Below are positions 25,965-39,511 of a stretch of 64,000 nucleotides of DNA, one piece after another. The notes under the pieces are model-generated. The model saw nothing but the letters and a program-made list of their open reading frames with translations, had not been told where the DNA came from and did no database searches. Every line of letters starts with the position of its first letter. Position 1 is the first letter of the stretch. This DNA is from Chiloscyllium plagiosum (Eukaryota), in NCBI RefSeq assembly GCF_004010195.1, contig NC_057746.1:26618070-26682069 (forward strand). The letters are read 5' to 3'. The position numbers and the translations under genes are program-made.

Positions 25965-26570
25965 CTTTTTCTTTAAATTTATTCAGGGGATGTGGACTTT
26001 GCAGGCTGAGCCAACATTTATTTTCAAACCCTGGTTGGTCTTTAAAAGGTAGTGATGAGTTGCTTTCTTGTATTTCTGCAGGGGATTTGGTGTAGGTACA
26101 CCCACAATACTGTGAGATTGGGAGTTCCAAAATTCTATCCAGTAGTACTGAAGCAATGGCAAGCGGATTTGAAGGGAACTGACATGTGGTAGTGTTTCAT
26201 GTTCTTCTAGGTGCGAGTGGTCATGGGTTTCGAAAATACTGTCTAAGCAGCCTTGAATAATTTCTGCAGTTACTTCAACTGGGTTGTGGTAGCAGAGGGA
26301 ATTAATATTTGTGGCTTTGGGACCAATATTGCAAGTTGTTTTGTCTATGTGATGACAAGATACCTGCTAAGTGTTTTTGGAGCTGCTCTCATCGAAGAAA
26401 ATAAGGAAAGTCAGATTACATTCAGGTCATATGAGTTAAAGATAGTCAGCAGGCTTTGGGGAGTCAAGAAGTGAGTTGATAGCGTGCAGGGTTCCTACCT
26501 TCTGACCTTCTCTTGTAGCCACCATATCTGGTGGATCAGCTCAGTTTATAGACAATAGCAATCCCAAGGC
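25965..26570 (-). mobile_element. Decayed 3' fragment of the LINE family seen at 28655-32800
   Basis: ttattcaggggatgtggac...ccaacatttatt... and following text parallel 28655-29330; similar fragments at ~38850-39410, ~43490-44160, ~60850-61190. Confidence 0.55.
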
Positions 26571-27470
26571 TGATACTTACAAAAATATCTTCGTATGTTA
26601 CCGGGTTAACTTTTGTAACGGGCCTTGCTCCTAGAGGGAAATATAACACCAATTAACACAAAGGAACACCTTGCTGATTGATGTAGACCAATAGGATTCT
26701 AGCATAGGTGTGAAGAAGATCCATCTCTAGGGCAGCCACATACAAAGTTGATCCGTTTCTCCATTAAAATTTCTAAAATTCCACGGAAGCAAGACGAATA
26801 GATTAACTTTGCTTGATAATTGAGTGTTAATACCTGGGTGCATGCTCGATATTTACCTCTTTGCTAGGTCAAGAGAACAGTATTTCTTGCATGGGTAGAT
26901 AATTAGAACTCCATATGGGATTGCAGAAGCCATGCCTAGAACTCTATACGCTGACATATGTTTGCATTACATTACCTCTCTTATTAATTTAACCCAATGT
27001 TTAGCATTTCCATAGTTAAGAGTTAGCAACTTTGTCTTGTGCATGGAGTTATATTCAGATCATGCCACACAGATTTCATTCTCTAAGGCACTTTACAACT
27101 TCAGTGAACCAGCAGACACTGATTTGACCTGATTGGTGAAAGAACTGTCGACGTGAAGAAAGCATTTTTTAACACAGATCATGGTTAAGTCATGGAAAGC
27201 ATTGCGAATAAGTGTGGTTGAGGCAGGTTTTCAAAAGCGAGATAAACAAGTAACTGAACACAGATCTATGGGAAACAAGTAAGATTGTTTGTATTTCTCT
27301 TTTATGAAATTGGAGCAAACATGATGGGTTGAACCGTCTTCTTATGTGTTCTAACCATTCGTTGGTTATATAACTTACATTAGTGAACAAAATGGCTCAT
27401 TCGACAATCACATAATCTCGTTATCACCACTAACTATTTTTAACTTTTAAAAGTCCCATGGTTAAGTCCC

Positions 27471-28235
27471 ATGGAGTTCAATGTAGCTAAGTGTGAGGTG
27501 ATTCACTTTGGTAAGAGTAACAAAAAGATGGGGTACTGGGCTAATGGTCGGATACTTGGTAGTGTGGATGAGCAGAGGGATCTTGGTGTCCATGTACACA
27601 GATCTTTGAAAGTTGCCACCCAGGTAAATAGTGCGGTGAAGAAGGCATATGGCGTACTAGCTTTTATTGGTAGAGGAATTGAGTTCCGGAGTACTGAGGT
27701 CATGTTGCAGTTGTATAAGACTCTGGTGCGGCCGCATCTGGAGTATTGTGTGCAGTTTTGGTCGCTATACTATAGGAAGGATGTGGAGGCACTGGAACGG
27801 GTGCAGAGGAGGTTTACCAGGATGTTGCCTGATATGGTAGAAAGATCGTATGAGGAAAGGCTGAGGCACTTGGGGTTGTTTTCATTGGAGAAAAGAAGGT
27901 TTAGGGGTGACTTGATAGAGGTATACAAGATGATTAAGGTTTAGATAGGGTCGACAGTGAGAATCTTTTTCCACGTATGGAGTCAGCTATTTCAAGGGGG
28001 CATAGCTTTAAATTAAGGGAGGGGCAGGTTCTTTACTCAGCGAGTCGTGAGTTCGTGGAATGCCCTGCCAGTAGCAGTGGTGGACTCTCCCTCATTATGG
28101 GCATTTAAGCGGGCATTGGATAGGCATATGGAGGATAGTGGGCTAGTGTAGGTTAGGTGGGCTTGGATCGGCGCAGCATCGAGGGCCGAAGGGCCTGTAC
28201 TGCGCTGTATTCTTCTATGTTCTATGTTCTATGTT
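27471..28235 (+). mobile_element. Young CR1 3' fragment
   Basis: Open 157-aa frame MEFNVAKCEVIHFG...LEYCVQFWS...RGDLIEVYK; (ttctatg)n tail at ~28211-28234. Confidence 0.9.
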
Positions 28236-29461
28236 ATTAATCAAATCTAACGAATATTCATTTTGTAGCACAGAATTTTGAATATTGTTGAAAAAAGACA
28301 CATTGTGTTGAAGCTTTTGATCTTGCACTCATCAGCAGAACCCTGTCCAAAAAAAGGAGCAAATTCTGCAGCAACACTGAGAGACTTGAACTTAGGTCAT
28401 TCATCTAGGACTTTAGCTCATGACCCAAGAATATAGCTGCCATGCTACCCACAATTGAGAGTAATGAAGAAAACCTGCCATCTCTCTCCCAGTGGTCCAT
28501 GAGGATTACTACATTTTATTTTGCCACATTTTCATTATTCTTAGTTTGGCATATTGAACATTTTGATTAAAAAAAACCTACGTATGATATCTCATTGATC
28601 TAGCCATCTACAACACATAGAGCTACGTGCACTCAATCTGTTCTTAACTGTCTGTTTATTCATTTGTATGTGTCACTGGCTGGGCCAGCATTTATTTCCT
28701 ATCCCTAGTTGCCCTTGGGAAAGTGGCATTGAGCTATCTTCTTGAACCACTGTGGTCCACTTGCTGTGGGTTGACCCATAACACCATTAGGGAGGAAATC
28801 CCAGGATTTTGACCCAGCAACAGTGAAGGAACGCTGATATATTTCCAAGTCATGATAGTGAGTAGCTTGGAGGGGAACTGGACGGTGGTGATGCTCCCAT
28901 ACATTGGCTGCCCTTGTCCTTCTAAATGGAAGTGGTCATTGGTTTAGAAAATGATGTCTGAGGATCTTTGGTGAATTTCTGCAGTGCACCTGGGAGATCG
29001 TTCACACTGCTGCTATTGAGCGTTGGTGGTGGAGAAAGTGGATGATTGTGGATGCAGTGGTAATCACGTGGGCTGCTTCATGCTGGATAATGTCAAGCTT
29101 CCTGGGTGTTGCTGGAGCTGTCTTCATCCAGGCAAACGGGGAGTATTTCATCACACTCCAGACTTATGCCTTGCAGATGGTGGACAGGCTTTGGGCAGTG
29201 AAGAGATGAGTTACTCCCCACAGCAATCTTCGCCTCTGACCAGCTCATGTTACCACTGTGTTTATTTGGTGAGTCCAGTTGAGTTTCTGGTATGATGACT
29301 CCCAGGATGTTGACATTAAGGGATTTAGTGATGGTAACACAATTGAATGTCAAGAGGCGGTTGTTAGATTGTCACTTACGGTGGTAGTAATAGCCTGGCA
29401 TTTGTATATTACTTTCCACTTGTGAGCCCAAGCCGAAGTAGCCCAGTTCTTATTGCATTTT

Positions 29462-30590
29462 AACATGAAGATGGCCTCAACGGGACTTTGGGTTCATGTC
29501 ACACTACAGTTGACCCCACTGCACTACACATTCTCTCACACACATGTATACAAGTGCTTGGATGCACCCATACGTGCACGCGAGCACGGTGGCACAGTGG
29601 TTAGCACTGCTGCCTCACAGCACCAGAGACCTGGGTTCAATTCCCGCCTCAGGCGACTGACTGTGTGGACATTCTCCCCGTGTCTGCGTGGGTTTCCTCC
29701 GGGTGCTCCGGTTTCCTCCCACCGTCTAAAGATGTGCAGGTCAGGTGAATTGGCCATGCTAAATTGCCCATAGTGTTCGGTAAGGGGTAAATGTAGGGGT
29801 ATGGGTGGGTTGTGCTTCGGCGGGTTGGTGTGGACTTGTTGGGCCGAAGGGCCTGTTTCCACACTGTAATCTAATCTAATCTAAAAACAACATATACATA
29901 CACACAGACACACACTCCTATAGACCCATACACTCACACAGGCACTCTCTTATACACAAGTTCTCTCTCATATGCACACACCCACACATGCACCCTCTCA
30001 CAGACTTATTCGCCTTTACACTTATATTCACACTCACAAACATGCGCGCACACACATCTTCTCACAGTCCCCCACCCCATACACACACACACCCGCATGC
30101 ATATACATGCATATAAGTTTGTGGGGTGAATTTGAACTTGCAGAATTACATTTTATTTTGCTCTAAAACTACATGAATTCATGTAAGGTTCTGTAGATCC
30201 CTTTTTTTTAGAAATAGAATCAGTCTGAACATTGGGGCACAGACAGCCTCACACAGGACGCTTCACACCTTCAATGCATTATCTGAGCTAACATGGCACC
30301 TATTGTTAAAATTCACTTGAGAATTTAACTTTATAAAATAAGTTTTGGGATTTACATATGAAAGAACTGAAACCAACATGTTCATTCTAAAATATGGGAC
30401 GCTTAATAAAAAATCCATATCTGTTTCAATGCATAATTTCAGTTGCAACACACTGTAAATTGTTTGCTCTAAATTCTGTGTCTTATGATCTTATACTCCA
30501 CCTGATGAATGAACAGTGTTCCGAAAGCTAAGGCTTCCAAATAAATCTGTTGGACTATAACCTGGTATTGTGTGATTTCTAACCTTGGTC
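29462..30590 (+). mobile_element. Longer Penelope-like fragment (family A) with (CA)-rich tract
   Basis: Begins ...atgaagatggcctcaacgggactttggg, includes CA-rich 29890-30110, ends cacctgatgaatgaacagtgttccgaaagct...ctataacctggtattgtgtgatttctaac like other family A ends. Confidence 0.7.
29583..29885 (+). mobile_element. HE1-type SINE, near full length
   Basis: gcacggtggcacagtggttagcactgctgcctcacagcaccagagacctgggttcaattcc (A/B boxes); tail (taatc)n. Confidence 0.9.
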
Positions 30591-33500
30591 AAATGCAGCC
30601 TTGATGTCAATGACTGTTGCTCTCACTTCACCTCCAGAATTCTACTCTTTTGTCCATGTTTGAACCAAGGCTTCAATAAGGTCAGGAATTGAGTGGTCCT
30701 GGCAGAACCTAAATTGGGCGTGACTGAGCAGTTTATTGCAGAGCAGGTGCTGCTTGATAGCATTATTGATGACAACTCCCATTACATCGTTGATGAATCG
30801 TACACTGATGGGGCAGTAGTTGGTTCAGTGGGATTTATCCCGTTTTTTATTTGCACGATATACATGGGGAATTTTTCACATTGTTTTATAGATGCCATTT
30901 TGTAACTGAACTGAAACAGATTGGCTATGGGAGCAGAAAGTTGTGAAGCACAATTGTATTGCTGGAAGGTTGTCAAGGCTCATAGTCTTTGCAGCATATA
31001 ATATTTTCAATCGTTTCTCGGTGTCCGGTGGAGTGAATCATATTAACTGAAGACTGGTACCTGTAAAGTTGGGGCCACTGGAGGAGAAAGAGATAAATCA
31101 TCCACTCAACACTTCTGGCTGAAGATTGCTGCAAAATCTTCGGCTTTATCTTTTGCACTGATGTGCTTGGCTCTTCCAGCATTAAGGATGGAGCTATTTG
31201 TGGAGCCTCCTCCTCCAGTGAATTGTTTAATTGTCCACCACCATTCACGACTAGATATGACAGGACAGCAATGTTTACATCTGATCCATTGGTTGTGGGA
31301 TCACTTAGAGCTATCTATCGCTTGCTGCTTCTGCTGTTGTTTGGCACGCAGGAAGTCCTGCTTCGTGCCTTCACAAGGTTGACACCTCATCTTCAGGTAA
31401 GCCTGGTGCTGCTCATAGCATGTCATCCTACATTCTCCATTGGACCAGAGTTGATCCTCTGGCTTGATGGTAATGGTTGAGTGGGGGATATGCCGGGCCA
31501 TGAGGTTACAGATTGTGCTCCAGTGCAATTCTGCTGTTGTTGATGGCCCACAGTATCTCACTGATGCCCATTGTTGAGCTGATAGATCTGTTTGAAGTCT
31601 GTCCCACTTTGCATAGTGATAATACCACGCAACATGATCGAGATTATTGTCAACGCGAAGGCAGGACTTTGCGGTGGTCATTCTTACCAATGCTGTGATG
31701 GACAAATGCACTTGCTGCTGGCAAATTGGTAAGGATGAGGTCAACCAAAAGAGAAAATACTGGAAAACCTCAGCAGGTCTGGCAGCATCTGCAAGGAGAG
31801 AAAAGAGCTGACGTTTCGAGTCTAACTGACCCTTTGTCAAAGGATGTGATCAAGTATCTTTTTCCATCTTGTACTTTCCCTCACCACCTGCTGCAGACTT
31901 AACCTACAGCTATATCCTTCAGCAACCGACCAGCTCGATCAGTAATGCTCTGCCACTGGTAGTTGATTTTAAAATACACCACCCAGAGTAGATTTTGTGC
32001 CTTTGCCACTGTCAGTGTTTTTTCCAAGCGTAGTTCAACATGGAGAAGTACCAATTTATCACCTGAGGGAGGATGGTACGTGGTAATCAGCAGGTGGTTT
32101 CTTTGCCCGTGTTTAACCTGAAGCCACGAGACTTCATGGATTCTGGAGTCAATGTTGAGGAGTGCAAAGTCGACTCCCTGTCAACTGTATACCATGTGCC
32201 GCCACCTCTGCTGGGTCTGTCCTGCCGGTGGGGCAGGATATCTCCAGTGATGGTGATGGTGGTGTCTAGGACATTGTCTATAGGGTGTGGTTCTAAGAGT
32301 ATGACTATGTTAGTTTGTTGCTTGAGTAGTCTGTGAGACAGCTCTCCCGATTTTGGCACTAGCCCCAGATGTTAGTGAGGAAAATGCGTAGGGTCGACTG
32401 GACTGTTTCTGCCGTTGTCTTTTACAGCGCATAGGTTGATGTCAGGTGATCCATCTAGTTTCGTTTCTTTGAGACTTTATAACGTATGGTACAACTGAAT
32501 GGCTGATTAGGCCAATTTAGAGGGCTATTGAGAGTCAACCACATTGCTGTGGAACTGGAGTTGCGTGTAGCCCAGACCAGGTGAAGATGACAGATTTCCT
32601 TCCCTGATGGACATTAGTGAATCAGATGGATTTTCCCAAGACAAATAATAATGTTTTCATGGTCATCAGTAGATTCTTAAGTACAGATTTTAAAATCAGA
32701 ATACAAATTTCACTATGTGCCATGGTAAATTTCGAACTCAGGTCCCTAGAACATGAGTTGCATTTCTAGATTAATAGTCTCGTGATAATACCACCGTTCT
32801 ACACTTTTAAGTGCCTTTACTGTCAACATGCAACTGAACAGATCCGTCAGAATTTGCCAGCACTCGTCACTGAAGGGCACAAGAGGGCGCTGCTGCACGT
32901 GACACCGATGTTCCAAACCCCTGGAACAAAGTGGTTTCGTCTACTCTGCCCTTCTACAGGTTTCGCCAGCCACAACTTTATCGATGCACACTTAATTCCC
33001 GTTGTACCTAACGGTTCCTCTCAGAATTCCCGTTCTTCCCACCAGAACTAGGAATTGGTGATGTCAATGTCTGAAATTTCATATGCAATCAACGATTGAT
33101 GGTGTTCCAGCCAGAAACAAGTAAAGATTAGAAAGATTGAACAGCAAATAAAGATAAATTTCAAAAATTGTTTCTGTTTTTATGGGTTTGGTTATGGTTT
33201 ATGATTTGCTTTCAAGGGAGACAGAAGTTTAAAGGCCAAACATTATCTGGATGTGGTGGGATTTTGTGTCTTGATCAGTCGGTGTGATATATTTGTTCTT
33301 TCAGCATCAACGTGCATCCTGCCAGTGTGGATGGATTTAATTCTTTCTGAGAATCTACAATTAGATCTGCAGTAATGAATTATTGACGTGAACAAATACC
33401 ATACTTTAAGAACCATTTTGGCGCTGTTATACAGTAAGGTGCCTTTTCTCAAATCACGTTACATTTCATTTACAGTGGGTTGCTGAATGGAAAGCACTGA

Positions 33501-36479
33501 AATCTTGTCAGCATACTTCTATGCATTGATTACAATGTGTTCACAAAATGTGCATGATCTGTAACTTTGTGAAAAAAGCTTAAAATGTTGCCTGAAAGCT
33601 AACATGAGAGATGAACTAGGACCAGAAACAGGCTACAAACTCCTCAAGCCCGTCCTGCCATTTAACAAGGGCATAGCTGATGTGCCGTAGGCATCAAATC
33701 CTCTTTTGTGCAGTTTGTCAGAGCTATCATAACTATTATAGATCTTCTTGTTGTTCTACCCCCTCTACCCATAATCTATTGCATGATAGTGATGGTCCAA
33801 TCAAGTTTTTGCATACGTCTTCACGATTGAATTGAAATGCTACTGTTGTTCAGTTCTCCATTTCACATGCTAATTGGTTCACAGCTACAACCCTTGTATA
33901 CGTGTGCATGCATGGTGGTTAGATTATTTCATGCGTGTCTGTAATTAAATGAAACCAAGTCTGTTGAAGGTGTCATTGCTGAGCACGATGGTTATTTTCG
34001 GATCAACGTTCTTATTTATAGTACTGCTCGCGACGTCTGCAAAATTTGCCCATTGCGTGCATTCGCTCAACCCACTTAATAATTGGAAAATAACGAACAG
34101 TATGAACCCAATTCTACAATTACAAACATAATTTCCCCCCCTGCTCAGTTACCCTAATTCAGAAAACTAGAATTTTGCCCTACAGACGTCAAATTTGGTG
34201 ACTGACGCTGTTTGTCTTGGAAAGCGGTGTCAGACTTTCTGCTTGAATTCCTGGAACAGAGAGGATTGATAGTACAGAATTATTCGCTAGGATATGTCAG
34301 AGCCACGCTGTGAATCAAAGCTAGGTTTCAGTACAGCTGGAATTCTCTACTCCTCTTCTTAGGTCACTAGGAAACCAGTTGTATTTTTAGAACTGATTCA
34401 TAGTCACTTTCGCCAGTATTGTATTTTTCCTTACAATTTCCTCACGTGCACTATTTGCTTTGGCGGTGAGGTGACTTGCAATTGTAAGTAACGTTAATGC
34501 AGGTTTTGGATTACTAGCCCAGCAAGTTAACTATTTCATAACTGTGGGCCCGCTAACATGATCTGAATTAATGTTATGTTCACAGCAAGTAGAAACCTTT
34601 TATTTAGTATTGACTTTTCTAAAAAAAAAGTTGTGAACAGCACTTCCTGACGCTTGAGACCTTAACTGAAACCTTAAATTCAGTACACACACGCAATCTC
34701 TTTCTGGAAAGCAATGGACAAATTATGACGCTGCTTATGTATCAGTTTGAGACGTCCTAACATAAAGGCCGCCGGGTACCCTCAGCGAATTGTTGCAGCA
34801 TGCCGAGGAAAAGCTGTGATTCCTTGGATTTCATAATAACAGAAGTCTTTGTAACTCAAGTAGAGGTATCTCTAAGTTGTTCTGCACTTCACTGTCACTG
34901 GTTGAGTCTAACACGTCCCAATAAACTGAAAGTTGTATCCATATTTGGTGCATTCTTTTCCCTTAAATGTTAGAATATCAAGTCTTGTCCTTGTAAAACT
35001 ACCAAATTGCAACCACATAGAAAAAAAAAGATTCCTGCACGAAATAACATATTTTCCAACACATGTCTCTTTTCGCCTGATTATTCGCACTCATTGCCTT
35101 TTTTTTTCCAGGCGGCAATTTGAGTTCAGCCTTTGGACATTTTAAATTCTATTTTAGAACTAAGAATCAACCTAAAAAAGAACGTTAACGATTTAGATAG
35201 GGTTTTCCTGGACTGAAGCCCAGGCAGGGTTTCACTGTCAATGCATACACTGCGTAGCCGTTTGAGACTGCGAGTAAATCGAATATTTGAATGGTTTGCC
35301 GCATCTTTTTTCACCGTGTGCACAAGTGTCTCCTTTGTCGACTTGGAGGCAATAGCTGTTTCACAGCTGGTTAGCTTGGCTGTTAAAACAAACACTTCTG
35401 TGACCTTTACAGCGTTGCAAGAAAACGAGACTCGTAGGTAAAAATAATTGCGAGGCCACTATTCTTATGCAGCCGCCACAAGGTTATGCACGTTTTATTT
35501 CATCAGATATATCAGTTTATGGGTTTTCCGTCGACAGACCTGGGATGCAAATCGGTCGGGTCTACATCCAACTCAGTTTGCGTCTGATGTGAAACCAGGA
35601 GTGGCTCTCATTGTTTTCCAGCTTGGTGGATTCACCAGCCCGTGATGGGTGGGTAAGTGAGATACTTCTGCTGAAATGATCGGTAAACCATTTAGGAATG
35701 GGTTTATTGACTGGCTCAGCTAAGAGGACAGCGGCTGAAGGGAACATGGGTGAGTGGGGCGAATGCGGATTTTCTGGAGTACTTGGAGACATGCTCAAAG
35801 AGTAACATTAGAAAGAGCAGTAAAACCTCCGAGCTGTCTCTCAGGCACCCGTTGGCAGGTAAAGCTCGCGACAAAGTGACGGCGCCGCGGCAGAACTACC
35901 CAACTAAACTCCAGAGGAGTAAGTGGCAACTGAGATTTCATGTAATCCCGTTAGGATTCTGAAAAACAAAACTAAGGCTCCACTTCAATTTGTTACCCGG
36001 CTCTAGACAGGCGGAAAGGCCGTGAGAGAAGCTGCCCAATGTCCATTCGATTAGATGGAAAATATCGCTGCAATTGAACGATGCAGTGGAACAAGTTCAC
36101 GTTTTATTGGTCCAAATATTCGCCACTTCTTTGATTCCTTTCTTTTGTATCCCGAGCGAATACTAGCTTAATTCAATTTATTTACCAAGGGTCACACGGG
36201 CAATCAGAGCTCACTCCTGTTCTTCGGAAAGCACTACTGTTTTTGCCCAATTGTAAAATGTACTGTAACATTCGGGCCCAGAAACCAGCGGTGAACTCAC
36301 TATGTGTGAAAAGCCAGTTTCTCAATGGGACAGCCTTCTGGTTATGCACATTTTAACTGCTGTTGTTACACAATTGTCGGGGGAATTGAATGAACAGATA
36401 AGATGAATATATTCATAAAATGACGATACTCTTTTATTTCAGGATTTTTAGCCATATCGAGGAAGTCTTAGGGCACCGA

Positions 36480-38050
36480 GGAAAGCCATTCGGCCCATTG
36501 CACCTGCAGCGGCTGCTCAAATGAGCATCATTATCGATTGCCAATCTGTTGCCTTCTCAATACGCTAATACTTTGCATTTATCCAAATAATCAGCTCGTC
36601 CTCTCTTGAATGACTCAATTGAACCTGCCTCCATTGTGTGTTCCGGTTGCAAAGTCGTCAACCTAACTACTCACTGAGTGAAAACATCTTTTCCCCTGTA
36701 TTACTCTGACTTCTTTCGCAAATCACTTTAAGTCGGTGTCCTTCTGTTCTCGATCCTTTTCCAAGCGGGAACAGTTCCTTACTATCTACTCTATCCAGGC
36801 CGCTCCCCATTTTGAAAACCATTATCAGATCTTTCTTTAGTTTCTTCTCTCCAAGGAGAATACTCCTGATCTGCAGTGAACCTTGTAAATGGACCCTGCT
36901 GCCACAATGCATCAGTGACGAAAAGACTGATTATTGAAGGTGGTGTCTTGCGTGTCAAACAAATAGGTTTTTCCCATGTTGCCGAGCTCTTTGAATACTG
37001 TTAGAGCTGCACTTATCCAGTTACGGCACGGTGGTTAGCACTGCTGCCTCAGGCGACCGACTGTGTGGAGTTTGCACATTCTCCCCATGTCCGCGTGGGT
37101 TTCCTCCCGGTGCTCCGGTTTCCTTCCACAGTCCAAAAATGTGCAGGTCAGGTAAATTGGCCATGCTAAATTGCCCGTAGTGTTAGGTGAAGGGGTAAAT
37201 GTAGGGGGGTGGGTTGCGGGTCGGTGTGGACTTGTTGGGCCGATGGGCCTGTTTCCACACTGTAAATAACAACAGAAGTTCCTCATCCCAGGAACCATTG
37301 ATGTAAATTGCTTCTACCCTCTCTCCAATGCGTTCACATTCTTCCTATAGTGAGACGCCCAGAATTGTACACAATACGCCAGCTGACGTCTAGCAAGTAT
37401 TTTACATGAGGCCATCATCCCATCTGGCTCTTGCATTCTATTTCCTGTTAATAAAGTCGAGGAAAGTTTTGCTTTACTGTCTGTTCTTTCCAACTGATCT
37501 GATATCTTCAATGATCTGTGCACGTAAACACCCAAGTCCCTCTGCTCCTGCACCCTTTCAGAATTTCACCCCCTATTTGTACAATGTATTTCAATGTTCT
37601 TCCTACCAATATGTGGCATTTGACATTTTGCTGCACCCAAACCCATCTACATTCAATTGACCCTCTCCACCAACTTGTCTATGTTATTTTACAGTTCATC
37701 ACGCTCCTTCTCATAGTTTCTAATTCTTGTAAGTGTCATGTCATCTGCAAACTTAGAAATTGCCCTCCCCACTCCAAGATTTGGCTCATTTATACAAACG
37801 AGGAAAAGTAGAGGTTTCAATACCAGTCCCTGGGACTTCCATTACAAACTGTCCTCCAGCCCGAAAAAAAATCCCATTGCTTTCTGTTTCTTATCACCCA
37901 GTCATTTTTTAAAATCCACATTGGCATTGACCGTTTTATTCCATGACCTATAAACTTCCTCAAATATTTGTATGTGGCATTACATCAAACGTCTTCTCAC
38001 ACACTACATTAACAGCATCACCCTTACCGAGACTTTATGTTACCTCTTAA
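36480..38050 (-). mobile_element. Old CR1 fragment, interrupted by a 153-bp duplicated segment and an HE1 SINE (37024-37265, +)
   Basis: Minus ORFs 37314-37553 (EQRDLGVYVHRSLK, YCVQFW) and 36667-36912 (DLIMVFK, GHRLKV). Confidence 0.75.
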
Positions 38051-39511
38051 AATAAGCGAGCTAAATACGAATACATGCTGGCCAAATGGTCTAAAAATTT
38101 AATAACTAGTTAGTTACAATTCCACTAAAAACTTTGAATAAGGAAAATTCTAAACTGCTTTCAACATGATGATATATTTGGCATGGGGGTTTCAAAAGCA
38201 AATATAAAAAGGAACGAGAGTTCCTGTCAATCTGGAGGTTCAAGGAGATTGGTGGAGTTGATGGACTGATGATCTTTCCTTGCTCCATTTGTTTTGGTTG
38301 TTTGAATTCTGGATTTATTTGTGGCCAACGTTAAGCCAGTGATCAATATAGTTTCTTAACATTTAAATTTAGTTTGAGTCTATGTTAGTAAGACTGAGTT
38401 CTTGATTTGTCCTTTTAGTGCCTAAACAAAGTATATTTTGATTCGACGTCCCCAGGTGTCACACGCTGCTGAAAATTGATTTTAGATCAGTGACAAGACA
38501 AACTGGCGGAAGAGGCCCAGATTATTTCCAATAAATTATTAATTAATGAATTCGTTCGGCAAATCACTGCAATGCCAAATTATTGTAGCCGTGTTTGCTT
38601 TTTTTGACAGGGTGAACTGAAAGATATCATCCCTTTCAGACTTGTAGTGCCAAAAACAGTAAGGTAGATAGTTTTACTCTCTTTTAACTTTCTAAGTGAG
38701 AAATATATTTTTAAAAAGCCGTAAAGATAGCCGGAATCAAATATTAATTATGAAAAAGTCAAACACATGTTTGACGAATCTAGAATAAAATAGGGAATGA
38801 ATAAAGAGAAGAGTATTATGTTATAAGTCATTTTATGCTCTCATTGGATGTAGGCGATGCCTGCAAGTTTGGTATGGCATTTGTTGCTCATCATTAACTG
38901 TCCTTGAGAAGGTAGTGGTCAGCCCTTCCTTGAACTGTTGTCATCAGTTATGATGTAGTTTTGCTTACAGTACTGTGTGTGAGGGTTTCCAGGATTTCAT
39001 TCCAATGATAGCAAAGGAACAATGACATAATTCTAAACCAGCGTGTTACATCCTTGGAGAGGAACCTGTGTGATGGTGGTGGCGCTCATATGGATCTACT
39101 GTCTTTGTCCTTCTAGATGGTGATCACAGTGTTGCGATATACTGCCAAAGAAGGCCTGGTGAGAAACTGCAGTGAACCTTGCACATGGACCCTGCTACCA
39201 CTATGCATCAGTGATGAAAAGACTGAATATTGAAGGTGGTGTCTTGCGTGTCAAACAAGTAGGTTTTTCATGTGGTGCCGAGCTCTTTGAATACTGTTGG
39301 AGCTGCACTTATCCAATTAATTGGATGGCATAGCATCAGACTACTGAACTGTGCCATGTAGATGGTGGACAGATTTTTGGGAATCAAAATTTGAGTGAAT
39401 TGCCTCTTTTATTCCTTATCCAGTCATGGATGTGGGCGTGGACGCCAGTTATTTATTAATTCATAACTTATTTTTGGAGTGTCTGACATGTTGGTGAAGC
39501 TACAGTATTTA

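Larger units (their letters stand above)
28655..32800 (-). mobile_element. CR1/L2-group LINE with tRNA-like SINE head, single EN-RT ORF remnants, internally deleted and interrupted
   Basis: EN start (GELSHRLLKQQTNIVIL, RQDRPSRGGG) at 32087-32359; linker 31301-31840; RT C-terminus NILGVII at 29093-29353; B-box-like gagttcgaa on minus at ~32731-32739. Confidence 0.7.

Noticed and set aside
33949-34131. Hydrophobic 60-aa ORF as a small membrane protein or third TM exon
   Set aside because: No convincing splice sites or family motif; expected by chance in AT-rich DNA.
35698-35749. ATG...phase-1 donor (MGLLTGSAKRTAAEGNM) as an alternative leader exon
   Set aside because: Not hydrophobic, and splicing to 49616 would hit a stop.
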